Assembly: GCA_039000685.1 (NCBI GenBank)
Contig: JAWBNW010000002.1
Coordinates: forward strand, 1-35,997
Direction of reading: 5' to 3'
Length of the DNA stretch: 35,997 bases
DNA from: Candidatus Aenigmatarchaeota archaeon
GTDB lineage: Archaea > Aenigmatarchaeota > Aenigmatarchaeia > CG10238-14 > SCSR01
Shown: piece by piece, positions 8,536-17,241 of the stretch
Numbering within the stretch: the first letter of the stretch is position 1
Layout of the letters: each line of letters starts with the position of its first letter
Program-made: the position numbers and the translations under genes
The notes under the pieces: generated by a model
What the model was told of the DNA's origin: nothing
The model's input: the letters and a program-made list of their open reading frames with translations, nothing else
Databases searched by the model: none

Positions 8536-9635
8536 TATTGAGAGATTGTCAAAACAACATCTTCAAGCGAGTAAGATCCTCCTTTTTCACAAGAAAATGA
8601 AATTGTGTTTGTGCCAACCTTAAGCCCAACTTCCTCACCAAACTTTTCAACTAGGTAATATGGTGGAACGTCCTCATAAATTATCTTATCATTTATTTTG
8701 ATTATCAAGTCTGCTAGTTTTGGTGGTAATCCCATTTCATACTTTCTTGCAAAAAGTGAAATTTTACCTTCCTTAAAATTCTTGACTTCAAATTCTTCAA
8801 GAGAAAAATTAAACTCTCTGAAAATTGTTCCGTTGTACTCAACCACAAACCTAACTGAAGCTATTTTGTAAAGAGAGCTTGACCAGAAAACAAAACCGGG
8901 TGAACTTGCTTTCAAAACTATTGAATTAGACCTCTTAATCAATTCTCTTGGAATTTCTACTATCACTTCGCCAACCACAGCTCTTTTGTCAAAAGTTTTA
9001 TTATCGTTAAATTCGATTATCAAATTGCCTAAAGAGTTTGTTTGATCCACTATTATTTGCAAATAGCCTCTTGAAATTAATGGCAACTTTTCTTCAGGAA
9101 TTACTGCAGCAAAACTTGGTGAAAATTCAGAGAAGTAACTTTTTTCCACCTTGAAATTTTCCCTATCAGCAACAGTTTCCTCTCCAATAATGTAGCCAAC
9201 TGTAAAATCTCCGAATGAAATTGGAATTACTTTTTCTTCAGTTCTCGTGGAAACATTAACTGAAATGGGAATTATTTTCTGGAAACCTAGCGTCTCGACA
9301 TAAATTTCTCCCCAGTGCACACCATAAGATGCTGAGAATGGAATATTCACAAAAACTCTAACTTTATCTTCTTTTTCCACATTGAGTTTATCTCTTTCAA
9401 AACTTATCCAGCTCGCAATTTCCCCCGAGCTTCTCAAAGTCACATTATAGGCTGTGCCGTTCATAAAAATGTAAAAAGAGGAAGAGGAGCCCTTGGCTAT
9501 TGTCAAGTGTTTTGATTCTGGTAGAACTGTTATTTGAGTTGACGCTTGAGAGCTCCAGACAACAACTAAAATTCCTACAAGGATTAAACCTGCTAGAAGA
9601 ACTAATGCAAACTCATCTATCTGTCCTTTCATCAA
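8532..9635 (-). CDS. secreted/surface protein with a class III (type IV pilin-like) signal peptide
   Basis: N-terminus MMKG|QIDEFALVLLAGLILVGILVVVW: a short charged head, KG followed by Q, then a ~20-aa hydrophobic helix. The rest is beta-rich with N-x-S/T sites. No known domain recognised. Confidence 0.5.
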   Translation of the reverse strand: MMKGQIDEFALVLLAGLILVGILVVVWSSQASTQITVLPESKHLTIAKGSSSSFYIFMNGTAYNVTLRSSGEIASWISFERDKLNVEKEDKVRVFVNIPFSASYGVHWGEIYVETLGFQKIIPISVNVSTRTEEKVIPISFGDFTVGYIIGEETVADRENFKVEKSYFSEFSPSFAAVIPEEKLPLISRGYLQIIVDQTNSLGNLIIEFNDNKTFDKRAVVGEVIVEIPRELIKRSNSIVLKASSPGFVFWSSSLYKIASVRFVVEYNGTIFREFNFSLEEFEVKNFKEGKISLFARKYEMGLPPKLADLIIKINDKIIYEDVPPYYLVEKFGEEVGLKVGTNTISFSCEKGGSYSLEDVVLTISQY

Positions 9636-9673
9636 AAGTCCCTAATTTAAATTATGTTTAAAAAAGAATAAGT

Positions 9674-9865
9674 TTATTTCAATTGTTTCTTTTTTAAAGA
9701 AGTTATGTAACCTGCCACAATATTCCTTATTCTCTTTGAATTTATGTCAAGGAGTTGGGAAACAATTTTTTTGTTAGCCTCAAAATCTGTGGAGAACTTG
9801 TCGGTATTTTCCTCGAGCAAATCTTTTGCTATTTTCTTGATAAAAGAAGTTTTTATCCTTCCCAT
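9674..9865 (-). CDS. rps17e: 30S ribosomal protein S17e
   Basis: MGRIKTSFIKKIAKDLLE...IRNIVAGYITSL, 63 aa, the typical S17e sequence and size. Confidence 0.9.
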   Translation of the reverse strand: MGRIKTSFIKKIAKDLLEENTDKFSTDFEANKKIVSQLLDINSKRIRNIVAGYITSLKKKQLK

Positions 9866-9876
9866 TAAATCACTGA

Positions 9877-10443
9877 TTATGGTGTCAGTCGCTTGATCTC
9901 ATAATAAGTGCAATCGTTCTCCCTATCAACAACTGCCCAGACGAAAGTTGCCCTTATGTTGTGAGCAAGCCTTACAGCTCTAGACATTTCGGGTAGAGAA
10001 AAAGCTGATTCTTCTGGAACTGCATGAACCACAAACTTTGTGTGCTCATGAGGGGCTTTCGGGCCTCTCACAAGCTTTACCCCTCTCTCATAAACCCTGA
10101 AATGGGCACCAAACTTAAAACCGGTTTTCACGAGATAGCCTCTTTCCCTCAAATCACGATAAACCACAAACTGTGGGTGGAATTGATTGATGTTTTTTGT
10201 GGCTATCTCTAATAGCTCTTTCAGGTCTATATTCCTCTTTTTACTATCTTCTTTTACGAAAATTTTGATTTTTCCTTTTTCTAAAAGGTAGGCTGCTTCC
10301 ACCAACTCTAACTCAAGCCTTTGAGGATTTTCCTCTGGAACAGGCTTGCCAAAACCAGAATCATCATAAAGTCTAACAGAATCTCTATCCCAAATTATCA
10401 CTCTGTCCTCTATCAACTCTCCTTCCCAAATCTTCTCCATCAT
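9877..10443 (-). CDS. endA: tRNA-splicing endonuclease EndA (single-unit, ~188 aa)
   Basis: VVYRDLRERGYLVKTGFKFGAHFRVYERG...HEHTKFVVHAV, the catalytic Tyr/His/Lys region of archaeal EndA. Its size matches the one-unit (homotetramer-type) enzymes. Confidence 0.9.
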   Translation of the reverse strand: MMEKIWEGELIEDRVIIWDRDSVRLYDDSGFGKPVPEENPQRLELELVEAAYLLEKGKIKIFVKEDSKKRNIDLKELLEIATKNINQFHPQFVVYRDLRERGYLVKTGFKFGAHFRVYERGVKLVRGPKAPHEHTKFVVHAVPEESAFSLPEMSRAVRLAHNIRATFVWAVVDRENDCTYYEIKRLTP

Positions 10444-10485
10444 ACAACTATTTTGTTTTGTTAGTTTTTAAAAACTTTTCTGAGA

Positions 10486-10998
10486 TCAAACCCAAACCTT
10501 TTTTTGACAGCTTTGACAAAGTTCTTTCTTTTTCCTGTCCACATCACCAACTGTATTTGAAAAACTCATCACACAAATTGAAATTGGGCAGTGGTCTAAG
10601 CCAAGCATATGACCGACTTCATGAACTGCTTCTTTTACAGCTCTCTCGACTAAAAGACTTTCATTTGGTTTTTGTTTGTAAAAAGTTTGGTCGAGCCTGT
10701 GAATTGAAATGATTCCGTAATTCCCAGGACAGTAAGCTTGGCCAAAAACAAAATTCAAAGATTCGGCGTAAAGGTCTTTATCTGTAATTCCTAATGTCTT
10801 ACCTTGAAATTTTTCTGAAAGGAATTTGAGTACGAGAGGCGCTGGATATTGTTGCCGAATTGAATTGCAAATTTCTCTTGGAATTTCTATTGGTTTAGTT
10901 GTTTCTGTAGTTAGGCTAAAAGTCTCTCTTAGCTCAGAAGCTATTGCTGTTAACACTTCTTCAGGAATTTTACCAAGCTGAACAACTGTAATCTTCAT
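10486..10998 (-). CDS. amzA: archaemetzincin (peptidase M54)
   Basis: HEVGHMLGLDHC...CVM plus the C-terminal CxxC. Start moved to MKITVVQLG (ATG at 10998) because the longer ORF would overlap tRNA-Phe. Confidence 0.85.
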   Translation of the reverse strand: MKITVVQLGKIPEEVLTAIASELRETFSLTTETTKPIEIPREICNSIRQQYPAPLVLKFLSEKFQGKTLGITDKDLYAESLNFVFGQAYCPGNYGIISIHRLDQTFYKQKPNESLLVERAVKEAVHEVGHMLGLDHCPISICVMSFSNTVGDVDRKKKELCQSCQKKVWV

Positions 10999-11076
10999 AA
11001 AGAATAATTTGAATTCAAAATTAAAAAGATGGGACGGGTGGGATTTGAACCCACAACACATCGCTCTTCAGGCGAT

Positions 11077-11091
11077 CTAGAGCCAAATGGT
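11077..11091 (-). other. tRNA-Phe intron 2 (15 nt, position 26/27), BHB
   Basis: AGAG-[CA|A]-CC-ATTT-GG-CTCT-[AG|A]-TCG: H helix AGAG/CTCT, two 3-nt bulges and a minimal inner stem. Confidence 0.75.
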
Positions 11092-11109
11092 TGCTCTCCC
11101 GGGTTGAGC

Positions 11110-11128
11110 CTACGGTAGCAATTGCTAT
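11110..11128 (-). other. tRNA-Phe intron 1 (19 nt, position 9/10), canonical hBHBh'
   Basis: GGG-ACGG-[TA|A]-TAGC-AATT-GCTA-CCGT-[AG|G]-CTC: a 4-bp H helix (ACGG/CCGT) with a 3-nt bulge 3' of each H strand. Confidence 0.8.
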
Positions 11129-11197
11129 TACCGTCCCTCCCGGGTTTGAATTTTTTAATTAATTGATATTTTAAATTTATATTTTATTGACTTTTTA

Positions 11198-11899
11198 TTA
11201 ATCTATTCCCAACCTATATTTTATTCCTTCTTTTATCACAAAAATCAAAACACCAAAAACCATTCTTATTCCCCTCAAAAAACCAGACCTTTTTCTGTAA
11301 GTTATTGCTACAGGGACTTGTGCTATTTTCAAATTATTTTTTACTGCTGAAATCAACATTTGGTCTTCAAGGATGTAGCCACCATGAATATCATCTTTTA
11401 TTTCTTCCATGGCTTTTCTTGAAAATGCAACAAATCCACAATTTGTGTCTTCCATTCTTTGCTTAAACAAAAGATTGAAACTTGTCCTCCAGACGAAATT
11501 TCCAAATTTATGTCTCAAAGGTACTTTCGACCAATCTCTTTTTCCCATCACAAAATCTGCTTTTTCTTCTTTCAAAGGTTTTATAAATTTTGGCGCATCT
11601 TTTATTTGATATTGTCTATCTGTATCTACAACTATGATAAAATCAACATTTTTTCCTTTCAAATAATTGAATCCTGTCTTAATAGCTTCACCTTTGCCTT
11701 TATTTTTTTCATGTCTCAACACAACAACCCCAGACTTTTTTGCCAATTCGAAAGTCTTGTCTTTAGAACCATCATCAATCACGATTATCAGAGAATTTGG
11801 CAAGAATTTCTTAGCTTCGTTTATCACAATTTTTATATTCTTCTCTTCATTGTAAGCTGGTAAAATTAAAGCTGCCTTATCCATTCGGCTCTTATTCAA
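11198..11899 (-). CDS. family 2 glycosyltransferase (dolichyl-phosphate sugar synthase-like)
   Basis: LILPAYNEEKNI, VIDDGSKDKT and VVDTDRQY motifs in a GT-A fold, with a C-terminal hydrophobic segment. Confidence 0.8.
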   Translation of the reverse strand: MNKSRMDKAALILPAYNEEKNIKIVINEAKKFLPNSLIIVIDDGSKDKTFELAKKSGVVVLRHEKNKGKGEAIKTGFNYLKGKNVDFIIVVDTDRQYQIKDAPKFIKPLKEEKADFVMGKRDWSKVPLRHKFGNFVWRTSFNLLFKQRMEDTNCGFVAFSRKAMEEIKDDIHGGYILEDQMLISAVKNNLKIAQVPVAITYRKRSGFLRGIRMVFGVLIFVIKEGIKYRLGID

Positions 11900-11931
11900 T
11901 TTAAGACTTTATCTTTAAAAAACTGAAGTTG

Positions 11932-13017
11932 TCAATCCAAGAAATCTTTATTCTTTATTTTTTCTGGAAGATATTTATCAGAAATGAATGTTATGCCTTT
12001 GGAAGAAAGTGCTGCCAATTCTGCTTTTGCCTTCATATCTTTCATCATCTTGAACTGTCTCTGCCATTCTTTGCTATTCTTAAACCACTCGTAATTTTTT
12101 ATCTGTTCTAGCCTCTTGAAATCAACTTCCTTAAACTTTATCAAATGTTTTTTCAAATCATAATTTTCTATGTCATCAGCTGTCAATCCTAAGAATTTCG
12201 CTTCTGGAATTGCAAGCCTCTCTGAGATATGGGCTAGAGAAATTGAACCAAACTTAAGAACAGAATAGATATAAAATCCCCATGGGTCGAAATCAGTCAA
12301 AACATAAATTGGTAAATTATGTTCTAAGTGAAGCCTTTGCAAAAGCCTTCTCACCCCCCTTGTTGCTTGACCTTGAGAGCTAACAATGACACATTTCAAC
12401 TTTTCCCAAACCTTATCTTCGTGTAATCTCTCCCACTCAGCGGCTTTCTCCATATAGATCACAAAATTTGCATTCACTTTTTTGAAAACTATATCTTCTA
12501 CATTTGATGGAATGCTCCACCCCCCAGAACCAAGCTTGCTCCAATCAACCAAATCTCCCTTATCTTCAATCACAACTTTGCCTGCAACAGAGCCCATTTT
12601 GTTTGCATTTATGTGGAGCTGCTCTCTCGAAGCATTGGCTATGAGCTCAAGATCTTCTATAGCTTCATTAGATTCTGTTTGTTCATCAACAAGGTTTATG
12701 TTTGAATTTGGCAAAGTCCTTTTCATTCTGTAGAAAGCTTCTCTTAAGCTCAAGTGCTTGTTGATTTCAATCAATTCTTTTGAAAGAGCCGCAGCTTCTA
12801 TGGTTTGAACGAATTTCCTTACATGTGCTATGTTGAAGAAATATCTTTTTGCAACAGCATTTCCCAAAACAAGCATTTTTGTCTTTTCATCAAATTTAAC
12901 ATTGCTCAAAGCTCTTATAGGTACATCTAAGCTCGGATTTCTTTCAGCCTTTACATCTTCTAATATTTTTTTCCCTATTTCTTCAAGATTCTTCTTTACT
13001 TCCTTCTTCTTTTCCAA
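11932..13017 (-). CDS. top6A: DNA topoisomerase VI subunit A (Spo11-like)
   Basis: 361 aa. Contains the Toprim region IVSSQGQATRG and YVLTDFDPWGFYIYSVLKFGS. Sits immediately downstream of top6B with a 35-nt overlap. Confidence 0.9.
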   Translation of the reverse strand: MEKKKEVKKNLEEIGKKILEDVKAERNPSLDVPIRALSNVKFDEKTKMLVLGNAVAKRYFFNIAHVRKFVQTIEAAALSKELIEINKHLSLREAFYRMKRTLPNSNINLVDEQTESNEAIEDLELIANASREQLHINANKMGSVAGKVVIEDKGDLVDWSKLGSGGWSIPSNVEDIVFKKVNANFVIYMEKAAEWERLHEDKVWEKLKCVIVSSQGQATRGVRRLLQRLHLEHNLPIYVLTDFDPWGFYIYSVLKFGSISLAHISERLAIPEAKFLGLTADDIENYDLKKHLIKFKEVDFKRLEQIKNYEWFKNSKEWQRQFKMMKDMKAKAELAALSSKGITFISDKYLPEKIKNKDFLD

Positions 13018-14554
13018 TTAAACCACCTTTCTTAATTATCTTTTCCAGGCCTTCAATTATCTTTTGTTTTTCTTCATTTGTTAACTTTTCTAGAGATTCG
13101 GCAAGTTCTGGAATATATTTTTCAAAAAGCTCTTTTCTCAATTGGGATTCTCTCGCCTTTCTTATCTGTCTAACATAGCTAGCAAGCTTCCTTCCTGCAT
13201 CTTGCAAAGCAAGTTTTATCTCGCGCACGATTTCAGGATAGTTTGCTATTGCCTGTTTCCCTTCAGAAGTGAAAGGCACCCAAACAGAGGCAAAATGGAT
13301 GAAAATTACTAAAGGTCCGACAGGCAACTGGCCTTGAGATTGTGATAAACCATAGCGACGAAAATCTGTCTCCACTGCAGCTTCTGTTAGGGCACAATCT
13401 GCTTGATGGTAAAGCAAGGGAACTTTGTTTGCAAATCTCAAGAGCTGAGCTGTTTGATCTTGAGGAAGATTTCCACCATATGCTAACCCACATTCAACTT
13501 GGAATGGGTTTCCTCGATAAACACTTGGAGATCTTGTGACTGCAACCACATATTCAGCACCAGTCTCTTTCTTCAAACCTTCCATTATCAATTTCTCACC
13601 AAGAGGAGAAAGACAGTCTGTGGGTGGAGCAACAAGCTTAACAAGTTGCATAGCTTTGTGAAGCCTTTCTGATTCTTCATGTGTTAACTGATTTGGTTTT
13701 TTATTAATCTCGAGTTTTGCCAGCCTACAAATTTGTTCTGCTGATCTTCTTCCAACTCTAGAAAATTCGGAAGTCAAAAATTGCAAGAGAGTTTTTGTTT
13801 TTGTAGTAGAAAGCATTCTTCTAAGAAGACCGACTTCAACACCATATGGATGGGGTTTAATTTCTTTTGGTTGCCTTGGCATTTCTTTAACAACCCTTTC
13901 AAACTCTATCTTGCCGTTAGGTCCATCAAAAATGATTTTGGCGTATGGGTTTGCTATTGCTGTTTGTTTTAAATATTCTGGTATTGATTGGGCTCTTTCT
14001 ACATATTTTCCTTCAATTTCCATTTCTATTTTAACACCGTGCCATTTGCTTGGATTTTTTTGTGTGGTGTGAGAAACAATTATCGGTTCATTTTTAACAA
14101 CATCAATCATAAGCTCAAAAATATGAATGTCTTTACCCGTGCTTGTTGTAATTTTTGTCGGTTTTCCTGTCGTGAGTTGAGAATATAGAACTGCGCCGTG
14201 AATTCCTAGACCTTGAACACCTCGTGACTGCCTTAGCCTATGGAATTTTGAGCCATATAAAAATTTACCAAAGGCGTAAGGGACTTTTGATTCAACCACA
14301 CCCGGACCATTGTCTTCTATGATAACCTTAAATCTATCTGCATTTGTTGGTTTAACAACAACTTTTATGTCTGGCAAAATTCCTGCTTCACCACAGGCAT
14401 CCAAAGAATTATCGACACCTTCTTTAACCACAGTCAGCAAAGCTTTTGCTGGATTTTCGTAGCCAAGCAAGTGTCTATTCTTTTCAAAAAATTCGGCTAC
14501 CGAAACTTCTTTCATATCTTTTGCCATTTTTTCAGCTATAGTTTCTTCAACCAT
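12983..14554 (-). CDS. top6B: DNA topoisomerase VI subunit B (GHKL ATPase)
   Basis: Bergerat-fold motifs EGVDNSLDA, IEDNGPGV and GSKFHRLRQSRGVQGLG. 523 aa. Confidence 0.9.
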   Translation of the reverse strand: MVEETIAEKMAKDMKEVSVAEFFEKNRHLLGYENPAKALLTVVKEGVDNSLDACGEAGILPDIKVVVKPTNADRFKVIIEDNGPGVVESKVPYAFGKFLYGSKFHRLRQSRGVQGLGIHGAVLYSQLTTGKPTKITTSTGKDIHIFELMIDVVKNEPIIVSHTTQKNPSKWHGVKIEMEIEGKYVERAQSIPEYLKQTAIANPYAKIIFDGPNGKIEFERVVKEMPRQPKEIKPHPYGVEVGLLRRMLSTTKTKTLLQFLTSEFSRVGRRSAEQICRLAKLEINKKPNQLTHEESERLHKAMQLVKLVAPPTDCLSPLGEKLIMEGLKKETGAEYVVAVTRSPSVYRGNPFQVECGLAYGGNLPQDQTAQLLRFANKVPLLYHQADCALTEAAVETDFRRYGLSQSQGQLPVGPLVIFIHFASVWVPFTSEGKQAIANYPEIVREIKLALQDAGRKLASYVRQIRKARESQLRKELFEKYIPELAESLEKLTNEEKQKIIEGLEKIIKKGGLIGKEEGSKEES

Positions 14555-15035
14555 ACCTACCCTCCATCAAATCTTTGAAAACAGTTGAGTGTTTTCTTCC
14601 TTGCAATAGACTTTCAACGGCTTGCTTTGCTTTTTGAACTTCATCCCACTTCCCTATTATTGAAATTGTTTTACCATAGATTGTAATTTTAACATTTGTG
14701 TGTTTTTCTATTAATCTTTTTGCTTTTCCTTCTGTTCCTATAACCCTGCCTTTCATTGTAACCATTCTATTTTTTGATTTTCCTGAAAATTCTTGTATGT
14801 TTATCGTCTCCAAACAATATTGTTCATCCAACAAATTTAACGCAATAGCAAAATCAAAACCCCTTCCTAAAGCTTTTATCACTTCCTTTACCCTCATGAG
14901 CAAAAGCGGGTCTTCTGCTTCAATTGAAATTTCCTCGTTTATTCTAATTTTGCAGCTAGCAAGCTTTTCTAATTTGTCTACATAGTTCCTAAAAAATTTC
15001 AATCTTTCTTCAGGAATTTTCACAAAATCTATCAT
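14547..15035 (-). CDS. KH-domain RNA-binding protein (Dim2/Pno1-like)
   Basis: Two KH-like modules: ALGRGFDF and GRVIGTEGKAKRLIEKHTNVKITIYGKTISIIG. 162 aa. Confidence 0.7.
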   Translation of the reverse strand: MIDFVKIPEERLKFFRNYVDKLEKLASCKIRINEEISIEAEDPLLLMRVKEVIKALGRGFDFAIALNLLDEQYCLETINIQEFSGKSKNRMVTMKGRVIGTEGKAKRLIEKHTNVKITIYGKTISIIGKWDEVQKAKQAVESLLQGRKHSTVFKDLMEGRYG

Positions 15036-15040
15036 TTGAA

Positions 15041-15385
15041 CTACTCTATCGAAATTGTTTTCACAAACCCTTTCCTTTTAAGCCAATTGGCTTGAGTTGG
15101 TGTGTACTTGAAAATTATGTCTCCCCTTTCGTTGCTTTGAACTTTCCATGGCTGAACGAGTACCAAATCACCGGCACCAACCCAAACTTTTTTCCTCAGC
15201 CTGCCGGGAATTCTGCAAATTCTTGTGTTGCCATCATCACAAATCACCTTAAGCTTGTCCCCACCAAGCATCATTTCTACTGCACCCAAGACTTCTCCTT
15301 CTCTTGGAATCCTAATTCTGGCTATTTCAAGTTCTTCTTGTGTCGGCTCGTATTTCTTTGGCATATCATCACTATATATATTCAA
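15041..15385 (-). CDS. eif1a: translation initiation factor aIF-1A
   Basis: S1-like OB fold: GEVLGAVEMMLGGDKLKVICDDGNTRICRIPGRLRKKVWVGAGDLVLV. Confidence 0.9.
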   Translation of the reverse strand: MNIYSDDMPKKYEPTQEELEIARIRIPREGEVLGAVEMMLGGDKLKVICDDGNTRICRIPGRLRKKVWVGAGDLVLVQPWKVQSNERGDIIFKYTPTQANWLKRKGFVKTISIE

Positions 15386-16056
15386 TCTGGAATAGAAATT
15401 AGTATCGTGTCTCTATAAATTTTTTTACCTTTTATTCTCCCGGCAATTTTTCTTGTTATTTGGATTTTGGCCTTGTATTTGGCTTTGAGAATTCTGGCTA
15501 TTTGGTTTGCAGAATTTTTAGAGCCAATGGTTACATCAAAACCATTTTTAGTTTCATTAAAATTTGAGATAAAAGCTAAGCTGTCATATTGGTTGAGATA
15601 ATTGATTTGACTTTCAATTTCCTCCTTAATTTCTTCTAAAAGATTTTTTGGTGCTCTCACTTGAAGAATCGCTTGAAAATAACCAGAATCTTTCATAGAA
15701 CAAGCTTGGCAAGTTATTTTCTTTATTCTCAGATTTATTGTTTTTTCTTCTGTTTTTTCCAAATCATTTATCTTGATGTTTAATGTTAGATAAATTTTAT
15801 CATCGCTTATCCTGTAAGAGATGGATGCTAATTCTTCTTCTTTTAAAAAATCTTGAAGAAAAGATTCAATTAGATTTTCTATTGATGAAGAATAATTTTT
15901 AAAGAAAAATCTTCCACAAGATCTGCACTCTTTAATCTCCAAGCTTCTTGGTAGTTTGTCTGAAAAAGAAAATTTTGAAAGAAAACATTCTTCACAAAAT
16001 CCATCATATAGCTTTTCAGTTTTTTTTCCACATTTAGGGCAAAACTTTTCTCTCAT
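15382..16056 (-). CDS. NMD3-family (60S subunit biogenesis/export factor-like) protein, short form
   Basis: N-terminal CPKCG...CEEC...CRSCGR zinc cluster followed by an NMD3-like region. At 224 aa it is shorter than typical archaeal NMD3. Confidence 0.55.
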   Translation of the reverse strand: MREKFCPKCGKKTEKLYDGFCEECFLSKFSFSDKLPRSLEIKECRSCGRFFFKNYSSSIENLIESFLQDFLKEEELASISYRISDDKIYLTLNIKINDLEKTEEKTINLRIKKITCQACSMKDSGYFQAILQVRAPKNLLEEIKEEIESQINYLNQYDSLAFISNFNETKNGFDVTIGSKNSANQIARILKAKYKAKIQITRKIAGRIKGKKIYRDTILISIPD

Positions 16057-16104
16057 AAAAAGAAATTATTTTTAAATTAGTTAAGGTTGAAATAAAATTA
16101 GAAA

Positions 16105-16196
16105 GCCTCGTTAGCTCAACGGTAGAGCATCCGAAGAGCTTAGCTCTGGTGAACCTTGTAAGCGGAGGGTTGTGGGTTCAAATCCCACACGAGGCT
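16105..16196 (+). tRNA. tRNA-Thr (UGU) with an intron at 30/31
   Basis: After removing 20 nt: GCCTCGT TA GCTC AACGGTA GAGC A TCCGC CTTGTAA GCGGA GGGTT GTGGG TTCAAAT CCCAC ACGAGGC T (72 nt). Confidence 0.85.
16134..16153 (+). other. tRNA-Thr intron (20 nt, inside the anticodon stem, 30/31), canonical hBHBh'
   Basis: GAG-CATC-[CG|A]-AGAGC-TTA-GCTCT-GGTG-[AA|C]-CTT: H helix CATC/GGTG (one G.U pair) with 3-nt bulges. Confidence 0.8.
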
Positions 16197-16197
16197 C

Positions 16198-17241
16198 TTA
16201 TTTTTGAAGAAAATCGACATCAAACCAACTAGCAATTTTTGTTAAATTGAAATTCTTGATTAAAGAAAAAGTTATTGGTGAAGAGAAATTGGAAAAAATC
16301 CATTTAAAGATTAAGCCTTTTCTGATTGGCCATATCAGCCTTTCTTTCCATTTTTTATCATAATTTTCAAGCAAAAATTTTTTAGAAAAATCTTTTGCTT
16401 CTAAAGCTTTGATGATTGCTTCGCTTGCAATTTCTGAGCAAATTTTGTTGTAAACTAGACCCCCACCAGAAAAAGGCTTAATTTGACAAGCAGAGTCTCC
16501 AACCAAAAGCACATTATCTACAACTGAACTTTCAATTATTCCATATCTTAGAAAATCTCCAATTTTATTATAGGCCTTGACTCTTCCGAATCTTTCCATC
16601 AAGAATTTTTCCAAGTATTTGTTGGGGTTTTCTTTTGTTAATAGGCCTACTCTTGCAATTCTTTCACTCTCAGGAACAACCCAAGCAAAACCTAAAGGAG
16701 CAATTTTTGAACCAAAATGAAGTTCAACTGTCTTAGCATCAAAGTTTGATTTTACCTTAACTTGTAAAGCAAATAACAAATTTTCCGGTTGTTTTATTTT
16801 AGCTTTCTTGGCAACAGTTGAATTTGGTCCATCTGCCCCAACTAAAATCTTTGTTTGAAATTTTCCTTTGGTTGTAAAGATTGTTTTACCTTTTAAATCT
16901 AGGAATCTTGTTGATGTCTTGATTTCGGCTCCCACTTTCTCAGCATTTTTTGCAAGCCAGCTGTCATATTTTTTTCTGTCTAAAACAAGCATCGGTTCTT
17001 TTGAATTAACTTCAAAAAATTCTTTGCCACAAAAAAATCTTGCCTTCCTAATTTTGTTCAAAGTTATATTTTTTGGAATTTTACCAATTCTCCTGCTAAC
17101 TAAGCCTGTACATTGAACGGGCTCTCCTATTCTTTGGTGTTCCTCCAAAATCAGGACATTAAATCCTTTTTTGGCAACAATTTTGGCTGTTATACAGCCT
17201 GCAGGACCAGCACCAACTACAATACAATCAAAAAGAGTCAT
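16198..17241 (-). CDS. geranylgeranyl reductase family flavoprotein (archaeal lipid saturation)
   Basis: N-terminal DCIVVGAGPAGC FAD motif, LEEH, GADG and LVGDSA motifs. 347 aa. Confidence 0.8.
   Translation of the reverse strand: MTLFDCIVVGAGPAGCITAKIVAKKGFNVLILEEHQRIGEPVQCTGLVSRRIGKIPKNITLNKIRKARFFCGKEFFEVNSKEPMLVLDRKKYDSWLAKNAEKVGAEIKTSTRFLDLKGKTIFTTKGKFQTKILVGADGPNSTVAKKAKIKQPENLLFALQVKVKSNFDAKTVELHFGSKIAPLGFAWVVPESERIARVGLLTKENPNKYLEKFLMERFGRVKAYNKIGDFLRYGIIESSVVDNVLLVGDSACQIKPFSGGGLVYNKICSEIASEAIIKALEAKDFSKKFLLENYDKKWKERLIWPIRKGLIFKWIFSNFSSPITFSLIKNFNLTKIASWFDVDFLQK

Larger units (their letters stand above)
11030..11137 (-). tRNA. tRNA-Phe (GAA) with two non-canonical introns (9/10 and 26/27)
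   Basis: After removing 19 nt and 15 nt, a 74-nt cloverleaf remains: GGGACGG TA GCTC AACCCGGGA GAGC A ATCGC CTGAAGA GCGAT GTGTT GTGGG TTCAAAT CCCAC CCGTCCC A. Confidence 0.85.

Noticed and set aside
10999-11061. Longer N-terminus (MCCGFKSHPSHLFNFEFKLFF) for archaemetzincin
   Set aside because: The extension overlaps the 3' half of tRNA-Phe on the same strand. The internal ATG at 10998 gives a normal family N-terminus.
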